Positions 25,200-38,500 are shown, counted from the whole stretch's first letter. The stretch: 63,924 nt of DNA, filler included, from Lenisia limosa (GCA_001655205.1; 15 parts of 15 records of this genome joined end to end with filler, not necessarily neighbours in it), one strand, 5' to 3'. Numbers and translations: made by a program. Notes: generated by a model from the sequence alone, not told the origin.

Positions 25200-27800
25200 A
25201 CCCCAAATGACAATATCTACACCAGCCTATGCAATCACCTTTCCAATTTAGCGAAACTATTTCAATCATAGAGGATAGGCAGGGATTATTGTAATTTATT
25301 GACAAATTCGTTTCAACAATTGAAGGGGAACATCCTGTTACAACAACTCTTTAGATATCTCAGAACAAGAGGTTAAGGCTTTCCAGAGAGAATCGATTGA
25401 TATCAAATTGTGAGAATTGATTTCCAAACAACTGATTTGCATGTTGCCATACCCCCCCACCTGGACTGAGTCCAGTAGTGTGGCCTGGTCTGCACCGTCC
25501 TTGTCATTTTCGAGTTCATTTGGCTGTTGGGCAGTCCTGGAGAATATGAGACAATAAAAAGGGGATGTAGGATCTGGCCGAAGCTGGCTCTATAGTTAAA
25601 CCATAACAGGGTTGAAAAACTTATCATATCATATCATATCATATCATTTCATATGTGGCATCGCTTCCCTCCTTCACGATGCCCCCCCCCCCCCNNNNNN
25701 NNNNNNNNNNNNNNNNNNNNNNNNNNNNNNNNNNNNNNNNNNNNNNNNNNNNNNNNNNNNNNNNNNNNNNNNNNNNNNNNNNNNNNNNNNNNNNNNNNNN
25801 NNNNNNNNNNNNNNNNNNNNNNNNNNNNNNNNNNNNNNNNNNNNNNNNTGGGGGGGGGGGGTAAAACGAAGGAAATTTCGATGAACAATATTGGTGTAAG
25901 GTACTAATCATGAATACTATACTAGCGGTACTACCTGACATACCTGGGGGCACACATGGACAATTTCGACATCTCTCGTCAGCCTCGCAACCCTAAATGT
26001 CAAAGGAGGAACCGACTAAGTAACTCTAAAGGTACCACATAAGCCATGGCTTGTCATTAGTGGGGTGCCAGCGATCCTTAAATCTCTGAAAAACAAAAAA
26101 AAACAACAATGAGCAAAATATCAATTTGTAACAATGACAAAGGGGGAAATAACCATGTTGATGTCAGTCTACCACAGTAAACCCCCCACTCAAGAGCGGT
26201 TGTAATTGCCGCTGTTTTACCAGTGCAGGGTCCCCCGGAAATGCAGATAGGCATGTTGGAAAGTGTCTGAAGCAGAATGCTGGAAATGGCCTGGGGGCGG
26301 GGGTAAATTGGAAAATTGCTGAAACAAAACAAAAAATCCCCAGAATTAACTCTGTTAGCTTGCAACACAAGGGTTGAGAACAAGTAAACAAACAAAGCCC
26401 AGGCCAGTCAATTCTGCAGTAGGGGTAACAACAGGTAATCTAACAAAACAAAACAAAAAACTCAGAAGGGTTGAGGGGGGAGGGGATCAACTCTGTTGGC
26501 TCAATATTTGAGAAATTATCCAGTCAGGATGTCATATTATTTGAGGTTGAAAGGAAAATGTCAAAGCTGTCCACACGCGAGGTATTGGATGAGTAGAACG
26601 ATATTGATCCCAACCCAGCCCACAGCTGTCCATTTTGGGGAGTCAACATACTCCAAGGCCACACAGGCTTCCTTAATTTGCTGCGTGTCTACGGGGTAAC
26701 GGAGGATAATTGCCTTTTACTGTCCCGAATATTTAATTCTAATTCCCTTATTCAGTAGATGACTCGTTAATATCTCCAAATTCAGATATTTGAAACGAGT
26801 CCCACTGAGAACGTCTTCCTTTCCTGCCTGCTTACATGGGGTGGATTGTGTAGTCTCTGTTGAGTCGGGAGTCTACAGGGATAACATGATGAACATGTGT
26901 GATGATCAGAATTGTCAAGAATTGACAATAATAGGAAAAAATCGACAAGGATAAGAATACATGAAATAGCAACAGGTTATCAGATCATCAAAAGTGACAT
27001 CACTAAAGCAAGGCAACGGAAAGCAATTGGGCTTAAAAACTCACCTCAGCTGAAGGTGGTAGCGGGAGATGAGTCTGAATAACTTGCCTAATATGGTAAG
27101 TGGGCCAAATATCATTCTATTGAGACCGCAGTGAAGGTCAATTATCACCCAGCGTACTTATACACTGCAACGTCATCCTTATGAAGAGACGGGAGGATCT
27201 CAAGATCGAACGCGGTGCGGACAGACTCCATACAAGCCCGGGCCGGGAGGAGCGTCATTCTTTTGCTTACAAGCGGAGCACGGGGGACAACCCTGCGACA
27301 CGGAGAGGTGAAATACGTGCATGTTTTGGGGGAATTCTTGGGTGACGATTGTGGTATGAGAGACTATTGAGAAATAAATAACAGGAAAGTCAGATCCTCC
27401 CACTCCCTATCGTATCTAACAGTGCACACGCCTAATACCTCCCCCCTCACAAAGGACTATATGAGAAAAGAGAGTCACAAGCGGCGGCGGCAGCAATAAT
27501 GGAAGATGCCAGGATTGGCGGCTCCGCGGCTCCGGCAAGGATAAGATGGGCCTGGGGAGGGTGGGGGAGTAAAATTAGAAAACTGAGGGAATAAAGAAAC
27601 CAATCAACTCTGTTGACTGTTTAGTGTAAAGGTGTAATTGATAGGAACATATTGGAAAATCCAAAAATCGATTTGGTAGTGGTAAAAGAAGGCTTGGTGA
27701 CTAAATAAATGTCTGAAAGCACCACAAAAATACCGAGATAAGTGGTAGGTAAGACGGTGCCGGCGCTGTAAGGGGCCTAAAAGTCTCAATTAAGGACTTG
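25200..27800 (-). CDS. Unidentified multi-exon gene containing a Walker A P-loop (NTPase, possibly AAA+), partial
   Basis: Exon 26290-26183 reads AISSILLQTLSNMPICISGGPCTGKTAAITTALEW, a hydrophobic strand followed by GxxxxGKT. Other protein-like exons lie on the same strand. Confidence 0.55.
26291..26425 (-). repeat. Intronic repeat family B copy ending at the acceptor of the P-loop exon
   Basis: ctgcagaattgactggcctgggctttg...gctaacagagttaatt...aattttccaatttacccccgccccag|GCCATT. Confidence 0.8.
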
Positions 27801-28659
27801 AAAAGGGGTGTACGGCTTGGGGCAGGGGGAAGAACTGCAAACAACCCAGACCTGAAACCGTGAGGAAGGAAGGGGTATAAGCGATGGTCGAATTATGCAC
27901 TTGAGCAAAATGAATGTAAACATGAGGAATGATACTCAAAGCCGACCACATATCATAATGTAAGGATAGGGCCAGGATGAGGTCATGAAAGCCTTAATTA
28001 GCCAGGATGTAGTGGTTTTAAAGATAATATAGAGCTGAAAAATAAAATAAGGTTCCTTATGAGAATACGAGCACACACTATCACGAGACAATGGATGATA
28101 AAGCAGCATATGTATCGAAAACTCGGTAAAATATAAACTAGTGTACACAACCCATTACACCCACATTGGATTAACCGTAACAGTGTTTCCCCAAGGTAAT
28201 TTGGCCGAATATGGGCCGGACTTTCGGTTTGCCATCATTATTTCGGCAACACGCATAATACCATCAGTTGCTGAGACTTCAACGCAGCAGTCACCTATAG
28301 GGGGGGGGGGGGGNNNNNNNNNNNNNNNNNNNNNNNNNNNNNNNNNNNNNNNNNNNNTTAATTAATTAANNNNNNNNNNNNNNNNNNNNNNNNNNNNNNN
28401 NNNNNNNNNNNNNTTTCGCGGCAGTAATTATATCCAAGAAAAAGATAATGTCAACCCCCCTCCATCTGAAACACACTTAAGATAAGGCGTGCTTTACTAT
28501 CCAATACATAGTGGATTGACGCCACCATAAGAAAACATACCAAATTGGGAATTTCAGGCACCGTATATGCTTGATTGCCTCCCTGACCACCAACAATAAT
28601 CACGTATGCCTACATGGTAATAAGAAAATGAGGTCTCAAATGATGATATCAGAAATCTG

Positions 28660-29430
28660 AGTGAGACTTTTCAACAACAACTGTTGAGCAGAAGCAATAC
28701 TCTGTATTGGACAAACTGCTGCAATATATATTCACAAAAATACCAACTGCCCCTATGATATATCAAACATGACACATAGAGAAGCCTTACGCACCTGTCC
28801 GGCAAAACGCCCCCATTCTTTGATATTCGTAACGACGTTGCTCGCTGGGGCCACCCCTTTTGCAAACGGCGATGAGGGAATGCTACAAAGATCAGCAGGG
28901 GTTATGGGCTCTTTTCATTTCGTCAACAGCATCATAATATGGAATACTAATGAGAATCGAAATAAAGCACATGATACTCTTTAGCCCCTTGCTTGAGGGG
29001 ATTGCTGCTTTGCCCACTTTGACGGTTCCGGGGATCCTGACGCCAAAACAGGGGTACCCGGGGACGGGGACAAGAAGGGGTTTGGTGATGATTGAGGAAG
29101 AGGCGTTGTCGGCTCGGATTGTGGCGGCGTAGTGATATCCGCAATCCACTCGTCCTGATGTCATAAAATGAACTTACAATCAGGGGAAAATTGGAACAAA
29201 AATGCCATTTCAGACACTTTACTTTTGAAACTGAGTCCGAGCTCTAATAATGAAAAGGCATTGACCAACCAAGGGGGGCTCATAAGACGCAACAGTGAAC
29301 AGGGGTCTTTCAAGGGGAGACGGCATATCCGCATCTGACACGGCACTTCCCTGGTTTGGCAGCGGGATGCAAGTGAGGCAAGACGGCCGGTAGTCCAGTG
29401 AAATGTGATGCAGTAACGGGAACTCTGGCA
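28660..29430 (-). CDS. Exons of an unidentified gene
   Basis: Open frames VPEFPLLHHISLDYRPSCL...; RVDCGYHYAATIRADNASSSIITKPLLVPVPGYPCFGVRIPG; HSLIAVCKRGGPSEQRRYEYQRMGAFCRT. Confidence 0.45.
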
Positions 29431-30029
29431 CCACCTAAGGAATTACACTCTATTGCAGAGATACCCCCCTTTTTTTTTTCCTAGGAAGATGTTTTCCAGT
29501 ACCCCCCCCCCTCCCACTGAATAAAGCAGCAAATCATCTTCACACGCCACGCAGAGGACTCGTCTGTCACAGGACTGCAAATAATAAAATTAACTTCTTG
29601 TATTGGCCATTTAGTTTTTCAAAAAAACAACTGTCTATGTATCTATTTGTACATAAACAGGGAAAAGACAAATACAACCTTGTAATACATGCTTTACTCC
29701 GGATTTACTATAATGTAGGTCTGCCTACCCAGGTTAGACATATCGGGTGACTCGGAACAGTCAGCACCGAAGCAGCATGAATACACGGTTTTACTGTGGG
29801 ATCCGGTCGCACAAGCGCATAAACAACCACCTATTGAATTAGAANNNNNNNNNNNNNNNNNNNNNNNNNNNNNNNNNNNNNNNNNNNNTTAATTAATTAA
29901 NNNNNNNNNNNNNNNNNNNNNNNNNNNNNNNNNNNNNNNNNNNNGGGGGGGGGGGGCTTTGCTTATTCAACCTTACTCCACAATATCAAATCAAATCTTT
30001 GACATTGTCACGTTGTCTCATTTCCACAG

Positions 30030-30109
30030 ACATCAGTGGATTCATTGGAGGTGCGAAGAGCAAGGAAACCGCTCTCAAAATGGCCCAACACTCTGTTGCT
30101 CTCCTTTAG
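30030..30109 (+). CDS. MYG1: MYG1 exonuclease family, terminal exon
   Basis: (H)ISGFIGGAKSKETALKMAQHSVALL* matches the MYG1 C-terminal motif HxSGFIGGxxTxEGALxMA. Confidence 0.8.
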
Positions 30110-32557
30110 ACTTTTGATATGTTGCTGTGTGTGTGTGTACCATTAACATTTAGTGTTATAGACTCAGTGGAGCTGGATATCCAGGGATAATAATAGAGAA
30201 ACGTGATTATTGTTTTTTTTTCAGGTAAATTGAAACTAGGATCATAGAGATCCAGCGGTTGATACTGTGGTGCTGTGATGTTCGAGGAGGGTGATGTTAT
30301 GATGTCTCTTGGTGTGCTCGGTTTTGGGCGCCAATGGCGATGTTCGGTGTGTTGCGGTGAACAAACGAACAAACTCCTCGGTTTTGTCTTGGTTTTGTGG
30401 TTTTGTCCTGTGAACCGCCGGTGTTTAGGGGGTGTGAGGGGGTACAAACATTCGGCCTCTTTTCGCTTCATTCATTAGAATAAGGATTTTCTGCTGATCT
30501 TCTGTATTCTATTATTAATTAAAACAAACAAGAGAAAAAGCATTTGTGATGGACTACACAGTTGAGGAAGAGGATGCTTTATGCGTCCTAAACTGGAACA
30601 TATTCTTCGATAAGACGCCTCCTGCAAATAAATCGGATCCTGTATACAAGAAATGGTCAAATCGAGCGGGAGAGGTAGGATTGGCTGACTCCCTTGTCAC
30701 ATTGCTCGTCTTGATCTTAAATCATGTTTCAAGATTTCTATGTTACTTTTTGGAAGCGATTAATGTTCATTACCCAAACTCATTCCAATGTTTACAAATT
30801 ACAAGAGAGTGACCTCACAATCATTCGTTGTACTGCGCTTGTTTGCTTTTCCAAACCCCAATATTGCATTTCCAGTTTTTCAAGTGGCTTAGCACCTTAG
30901 GTGATAGACTTTATATTCCGACACTCTCCCGATGTCGTCGGTCTACAGGAGTGCCTTCAACAGTGGGCGCATGGGGGGTCTGGTTGTGTTGAATTGAATT
31001 TGTATATGTGTTGTTAGTATTACATAATTAGAGGGGGGGGGGGGATCCAATAGGATAATCCCACTCAATGGAAAGCTTTAAAGGATGGNNNNNNNNNNNN
31101 NNNNNNNNNNNNNNNNNNNNNNNNNNNNNNNNGAGGGAATAAAGCTTTAGATCATATGGGCTTCCATCAAGTTGCACGACATTTTTGGGGGTTTCCATTA
31201 AGATTGAATCATATCTTGCTCGTTGAACTTCATGCTTGTTGATAAACTTGTGATATTAAGATGTGAGTTAAAACCACTATTATTTGAGAGCATCACTAAT
31301 GCCCATTTGTGTGGCTTTATATATAATTATATTTGTTTTCCTGTGTTCGTGATATCGTGTGATATTGATTTCCTTGGTCACAAAAACAATCTGAGACTCA
31401 CCCTCCAGCCAGCACCTCAGTATAGTTGACGCTCTACCCAAATACGAAGCCACGTCTTATTCTGTGGACTATGTTCCATTGTGGGGGGCTGACACTATTG
31501 GTTTGGTTAATATTGAATATTTACCTTTTTTCCATCATAAAAACATAATATCATATATCATATAAGAATATATACTATATCATATGCTATACATAGTATA
31601 TAATTAGATAATTTTATCATATGATATACTATATGATGTATATACATATGAGGATAAATTGCACAAGGCTCAATAGTTTTATATTGCTAATTAATGAAGA
31701 TGGTTGCGATACTAGCAGTTTGCTACTAAATAGAAGAACGTTCCATTCACCCATTACAGACCTGGATATGCCTCAGGTGGACATTGCCCCATATTTTTCA
31801 ACGATCAAAAGTTCAAAAGGCTGCCACCCTTTATTGGAGAAGTGAGAAAGGGTCGAATTTCCCAGTTGTTGCGTGTCAGTGTATGTTTTTTTTTTGTTTG
31901 GAGTTTCNNNNNNNNNNNNNNNNNNNNNNNNNNNNNNNNNNNNNNNNNNNNNNNNNNNNNNNNNNNNNNNNNNNNNNNNNNNNNNNNNNNNNNNNNNNNN
32001 NNNNNNNNNNNNNNNNNNNNNNNNGGCAGATCGGAGAACTAGCCCGGCACCCTTCTCGCAACTCCTTCCTAATGACGGCGGTATGCTGGATAGCCACGCA
32101 GAAAGCTATGTGAACAGAGTTGTAAGGCAAATAATTGGTGAATTATTATGGGAAGGCACGCAAAAAGCTGTGTGCACAGAGTTGTAAGGCAAATGGTTGG
32201 GTGAATTAATATTATACTATAATCCAATATCTCTTATAAGCATGATGGTATGGACGGCTTTGGTCAGATACATCTTATTTTTTTCATTTCTCATTGCTAT
32301 AATATATTATATGTATTAATCCTTGCAGCACCACAATCTCGTCAAGTCTCCCACGACCCCTCTTCACCATGCTACCCCTTCCCCTCAAACCCTCCCCCAA
32401 TGCCTGAACCTTCGTCTTCATTTTCTTCTGAATCAACGTTGGTTATGGAGGGAGAGGGTATTTATATGATATGTGGTGTAAACAACTTTGGAAGCTTTTT
32501 TGTTTGTTATTTTAAGGCCTATTGTAACCTTTCTTGTGTCTTGTTTTCTAAGAGCTA

Positions 32558-32655
32558 GGACTTCACTTCGGTTCGGAAAAGACTGGTAAAATATAGATAG
32601 ATTTCGAGGATTTATCGAGAATTTCAGTCTTTTTTTTCGAACTGCAGTGTAGCCC
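32558..32655. mobile_element. MITE family D copy
   Basis: TA|GGACTTCACTTCGGTTCGG...TTCGAACTGCAGTGTAGCCC. Confidence 0.85.
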
Positions 32656-32864
32656 GGTCTCAGCTATGTTTCGTCAATTCTCTTGTTTTCACCCCGCCAG
32701 GGTCGCGGCCGTGCCCAGCCATCTGTGGGTAAAGTTCAGCAACGACGGCTGGTTTTGGGCCACTCCAAAGGTCAGCGCACTCCAAACGCACTCCCCGTAG
32801 CATTAGCCTGCTTTTGTTTTTGTGGCATTAGCCTGCTTTTGTTTTGTGTTTTCTTTTTCTACTT

Positions 32865-33004
32865 TTAGCGTTGGTTGTTCAGTTTGTTATTGCTTTTTTT
32901 TTGTTTTGTTTTCTGTTTGTTTGGAGTTTCAGATTGTCGGGTTCATGAATAGTACCTTTATATCCAATATTCTTCAGAGAAATTTTCTTCGTTTTACTCC
33001 CCAG
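32865..33004 (+). repeat. Intronic repeat family A copy ending in ttttactccccAG. Other copies at about 2215-2251, 18250-18290 (-), 25858-25918 (-), 31885-31907, 33605-33745, 60742-60774 (-), 61433-61480
   Basis: Shared core tttgtttggagtttcagattattcggttcgtgattagtacctttatgccaatattcttcatcgaaatttccttcgttttactcccc. Confidence 0.8.
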
Positions 33005-33831
33005 ATATACCCCGGCCTTTCCAATAGCGATACTTCCCCAGAGCGAGNNNNNNNNNNNNNNNNNNNNNNNNNNNNNNNNNNNNNNNNNNNNNNNNNNNNN
33101 NNNNNNNNNNNNNNNNNNNNNNNNNNNNNNNNNNNNNNNNNNNNNNNTTTTATTTAACGAAATGTGTTTACTTTTTTCTGTGAATCCTAATGGAGGTTCT
33201 TCAATTTTCCATATTTATATGGAGTTTTTGTTTTATATATATCACTATTGCTCGAAAATCTCTCACCCAAACAGAAGATTTGAGTCTATTTCTGGAGCGT
33301 CAGAAGGCTCAACTTTCCTTATTGTCAATGTTCACTTGACTGTACTGAGGGGGTGCTTGTTTGTTGATAATTTACTTCGAGAATGACGTGTTCCTTCAAT
33401 TTTTGGTTTTCTGTTTTCTTGCTTTTTTATTTCCATGATTTTCTCCTCATTTCCATATTTACGCCCGGGCTTTGCTTGTTTTTGTTGTCAGCCAACAGAG
33501 TTGATTTTGGCTTTTTAGTTTCATAAATTTTCGTGGTGGGACTCTTCAAAGGCAGGCTCGGGCTTGTTTTTGTTTTTGTGTTTTTGTCTTCTGGCTTTTA
33601 TCTAGTTTTAGCGCTGGTTGCTCATGTTTGTTATTGCTTGTTTTTTGTTTGTTAGTTTGTTTGGAGTGTCAGCTTATTCGGTTCGTGATTAGTACCTTTA
33701 TGCCAATATTCTTCATCGAATTTTCTTTCATTTTACTCTCCCCCCCCCCCCNNNNNNNNNNNNNNNNNNNNNNNNNNNNNNNNNNNNNNNNNNNNNNNNN
33801 NNNNNNNNNNNNNNNNNNNNNNNNNNNNNNN

Positions 33832-35581
33832 NCCCTCCTCATCCATATGGCGGTTTCAGAGATATCCTCCAAGTTCCCCAGTGACCATGTTCTTTGGCTT
33901 GGGGATATGAACGGTTTGAGGATTATGGCGAACAAAACAAACAAGGATTTTTGGCTCGTTTTGTGACAAAGCTGCATCATTATTCTCAACCCTAGCCATC
34001 AACATAGTGTATGATAGTCATAAATGTTGAGCCGATAGCTTTTGTAACAATATTAAATGTTTGACAGTATTTAGTGCAAAATTGACTGATTTAAATTGTC
34101 TTTCAACCCTTATGCAATTACATATGTTGGTAGTTTGTATCGTGACATAGTATAGAGTCACGGTCCTCTTAGGTGTACTGAGGACCGTGACTCTTTATTA
34201 TTGTATACTATGTCACGATACAAACCACCAACATTTCACGTATCTTTATTACAAATGTAATTGCATAAGGGTTGTTTGTATCGTGACATAGTATACGTTC
34301 GCGCATTATCACCAGCGCTCCCCCACACCACGCCAATTGAAGCCGTCACGTGGCCGCCAGTTCTCTCGGCATCACATCACGGATTATCCTGGTTGGTTGG
34401 GGGAGGTACTTTTATCCCCTTTTGGTCGGGAAGCTTATGTCATCTCTTGACGCTTATAAAACAATTATATGGTTCAGTTCGGTATTCTATATTTGATGGA
34501 ACTTAAAAACAGGACCTCTTCATTTACATAAAATAACACATGATATCCCTCCCCTTGCTGATTTGGGGTTTTTTGTGTTTCATAAATTGTCCAATTTTAC
34601 CTCGTGTGTTGTCAGCCAACAGAGTTGATTTGAATTTTTTTTTACCCCCCCCCCCTCTAACAACGAAGGTATCGCCCAGAGCCCTTCGGAATGGTAGATA
34701 TTTTTGACGTTGCTATTGACCCAAAAACCAGGACAAAAGCCAAGAAGAAGGGCTACAATGTTGGCTGGAATGTGCTCATAATTATCATTTTTCTTCTTTT
34801 CTTTGTAGTAAAGTCTCTATTGAAACTAAAATTCTTGATCCAGCGGTTGACTACACAAAGAAACATTCTTTTTTTTTTCTCCATCTTGCTTATCTTCACT
34901 TCCATTCACCTACCCCCTTTGGGTTTTTTTTTGTTTAATACATTTTTCCAATTTTACTCCACCTCCCCCCTCCCGAAGGTACCAGATCATATCGGACCAA
35001 CTTACAGCTTTGTTGGATGGACCAAGTCCTCCCTCCTGCGAACTTGTGTCAAGTGCTGGCAAATCAAGTGCTCATGCTGGGTGTGTGGGGGCAGGCAAAG
35101 TGATTAAATAACAATTAAAGCTTCTCTACGCTCCCCCAAAAGACTTAATGTCTCGATAAATGCTCAAATAATATATCGATATTTTATAGTACAGATCTTT
35201 TTTGGACCAAATTCCTTTCAACCCCAACAGAAATTGTCTGCTTTTATTCCATTGTCTTTTTATTGGAGGGGAAGCTGGGATATATGATCGTTTAATAACT
35301 TATTTTGTTTGGTGTTTCCTTCTCATTTCCGCATATTCCAGCCTTGTTCACGAGGGAGTGTCAAGAGAAGAATCGACTACCTGTTCGTGCCTAGCACCTT
35401 CCTGAAACCAACGTGGAATCCAGCCCCAAATGTAGGCCTTCATTTCACACTTTACTGTTGTCGGTGTCGAGATCGATATTGGACATTAGAGCAATCAATC
35501 TTCCATGCTCCTTTTCTCTCAAATCACGCAATAACCACAATCTGGCAAAAAATGTCCTCTTTATATCTTGGCATCACGTGA
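33832..35581 (+). CDS. Exonuclease/endonuclease/phosphatase (EEP, DNase I-like) family protein, C-terminal half
   Basis: Exons splice in frame to HVLWLGDMN|ALPHTT...GLSW|YRPEPFGMVDIF...|VPDHIGPTYSF...|...KRRIDYLFV, giving the GDxN, GxxD, PTY and RIDY motifs in order. The final SDH-equivalent exon is not resolved. Confidence 0.75.
34104..34298. repeat. Composite palindrome: MITE-like unit (34203-34298) with TIR TATACTATGTCACGATACAAAC, an inverted partial copy to its left, and a 14-bp hairpin between them
   Basis: Arms 34125-34154 and 34204-34233 pair with one mismatch. Inner arms 34155-34168 and 34180-34193 pair perfectly. A third TIR copy lies at about 34276-34297. Confidence 0.8.
34552..34668 (+). 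repeat. Intronic repeat family B copy (plus strand) ending at an acceptor of the plus-strand EEP gene
   Basis: cctcgtgtgttgtcagccaacagagttgatttg...ccccctctaacaacgaag|GTATCGC. Confidence 0.8.
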
Positions 35582-38500
35582 CATTGTAGTCTGACAAAGA
35601 CTTCCTAATGTGGCAAGTGTGACATTGTAGTCGGACAAAGACTTCCTAATGTGGCAAGTGGTGGAAACCAGCATTGCCGGCGTCAAGAATAGTGGCTCAG
35701 TTGACCGGCGTGCCAAGGTATGTGGTCAGAACTATTGAGCTTCTTTTTGATGGTCATTTAGAATTTTTTTCCCAAATGTTGTCCTATCAATAAAAATAGT
35801 ACCTCCTAATGCGGGAGTCTGCTTAAATTGTGAAAATAATGTGTTTTTTTTTTGGAATTTCGCAGAGAATTGGAAAATATGTCGTTTTCTAGGTATTAAC
35901 TTTTCCTGAAATATTGGTCAAATTGTAGAGTTTTCAAGTCATTAATATTGTTGATGATTTCGCAAAGTGTGTAAAACAGGGATTACTATGCCCTTTAAAG
36001 GAATTCAGCTAATAATCTCGTAAACGATAAAACTCAAAATTATACCAAATTGTATAGATTGCTAAGAAAATTAAGCAGACTCCCGCTTTATTCAACCCCT
36101 TTAGGGTTGGCCGCTGTCAGACCACCTGCCGTGTTGGGCCGTTATAAAGGCGTCGAGGGGAAAGGAGACACCCCTGCAACAATGGTATGTTGCCGCGATC
36201 TCGGCACTTCGGCAATGGGATTGGGATTGGCTTTTTATTGTTTTGTCAAATGCATGTTTTTTTTTTGGTTCTAATTTTATTTTTTGTTAAAAGGGGGGGG
36301 GGGGCTAAACTAAANNNNNNNNNNNNNNNNNNNNNNNNNNNNNNNNNNNNNNNNNNNNNNNNNNNNNNNNNNNNNNNNNNNNNNNNNNNNNNNNNNNNNN
36401 NNNNNNNNNNNNNNNNNNNNNNNNNNNNNNNNNNNNNNNNNNNNNNNNNNNAATAGCTCTGAGGTGACAGTGATTTCAGTCGCAAACGAGGAGTCTTCCG
36501 ATGATGAGGGTCTATCAAAGAAGCGCCGAAAAAAGAAGAAACCAAGCCCGACAGAGGAGCGAAGTAACGAATTGATTGCAATTCAGACACAATAGGACGT
36601 GGAGACTGATACTAATGGTGATGGTGATCTGTAGCGTTGTACTTTTAGGTGTAGCGTTGTACTTTTAGGTTTAGGTTTTGTGTGTGTTTCTACTATTTAT
36701 TTGTGTTTCAGACTCTTTTCCCCGGGTCTTCATATGGTAGTACCGAGTCCCATATCTTGCTTCAGTCGAGTCTNNNNNNNNNNNNNNNNNNNNNNNNNNN
36801 NNNNNNNNNNNNNNNNNNNNNNNNNNNNNNNNNNNNNNNNNNNNNNNNNNNNNNNNNNNNNNNNNNNNNNNNNNNNNNNNNNNNNNNNNNNNNNNNNNNN
36901 NNNNNNNNNNNNNNNNNNNNNNNNNNNNNNNNNNNNNNNNNNNNNNNNNNNNNNNNNNNNNNNNCCCCCTTGGGAGGCAGTTGTCTAATATTACCTCCTT
37001 GGTCATTGGTCTCAGCTGCCACAGATATAGAGCTTTGTGCAATTGGGCACAAGGAGGTCCGAATATTTTGAGGATAGTCTAAATCGTACCTCGACCGAAT
37101 ATTATAATTGGGCAAAGGGGTGTGATGTAGAAACAAAAAGGGAGAAATCAACGCCAGAAGCAGAGAAGCAGCACATCGAGAGTAACTGGACCAACTATNN
37201 NNNNNNNNNNNNNNNNNNNNNNNNNNNNNNNNNNNNNNNNNNNNNNNNNNNNNNNNNNNNNNNNNNNNNNNNNNNNNNNNNNNNNNNNNNNNNNNNNNNN
37301 NNNNNNNNNNNNNNNNNNNNNNNNNNNNNNNNNNNNNNNNNNNNNNNNNNNNNNNNNNNCACGGCTATGTCAAAAAAAAAAACAGGCGACCCATATGGCA
37401 TGTCCGTCCCGTTTCTGTTTTTTTTTACTTTTTTTTCATTTAGTCATTTAATAACACAAGAATACAAGGTTATTGTGTCTATATGCCTTTATCATTATAC
37501 CCCTCTCTGCAATGACTTGACATGCGCCCCGATTCCCGGTTATGGTAGGCAACACTTTGACTTTGTGGAGGAATATTGATATCTATGATTGGATGAATTA
37601 ATGTAATACTATAATCCAACATCTCTTTTAAGCGTGATGGTGTGAACCGCTTCAGCCTCAGCTAGATATGACCTTATTTTTCATTACCCATAATAGCCAT
37701 ATTAGGGAGATTCAATTACCAAATTTCGCTGCAAATTTCGACGGCGAAATTTGATAATCAAATCTACCTTTTATCAATTCGTCCAAGCTTTGTTATTTGT
37801 CACCCTTCTTCCTCGATTGATGACAGCGGAATGAAGGAATATAGGTTAGACACTTCGTCAATAAGGCTGAGAAAATAGGTATTAATGTAAAGAAAGTAGG
37901 TATTTTTATGTTATGAGGCCAGTGGAATCAGGGTTGTGCAAAGCTAGGATGAACTGAGAAGCTACATCCACCCATAGCCCCCCATCTTACCGTTACCTCT
38001 TGGACATCCCCTTTATCTCCCCCCGCTTATTGGCTCAAAAGATTAGCATTAGCGAATAAGAAGAGGGTTTGTATTCGCTAATCGCTAAACATTTGCAACC
38101 AAAATTATGAACTCGTGATAAAATGTAGACTCTAACCCCCAAAAGGACAGCATGTACGTCAGGACAGCTCGGGAGTGTACAGAGATTGTGCGCTGAACGG
38201 GGGGCTGATGTTAATGATGTCGTGGCAGACCCAGCAGTGGGAGAGGGGGCAAGGGGATAAAAAGCTTGTTTATATTTATAACTTAAATTATGAACTAGTT
38301 TATATTTATTAAATTCATAAACGTGTTTATTAATAACCCCAGGAGATGGGGGATGATAAACTCAAGGTGACACTGCTTCACTGTTTCTGTATTTTGAATT
38401 TGTATCTATGAATAGCCCTTTCTTTTGACTCATTGACAATCAGTGGGTATCCTGAGTGGCAGGTTCTCGATCTATGATGTCAAATATCTTGGCACTAGAA

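Noticed and set aside
33832-33921. Inositol polyphosphate 5-phosphatase specifically
   Set aside because: WLGDMN is followed by ALP rather than YR, and no PxWCDRIL motif is present; only the EEP superfamily is supported.
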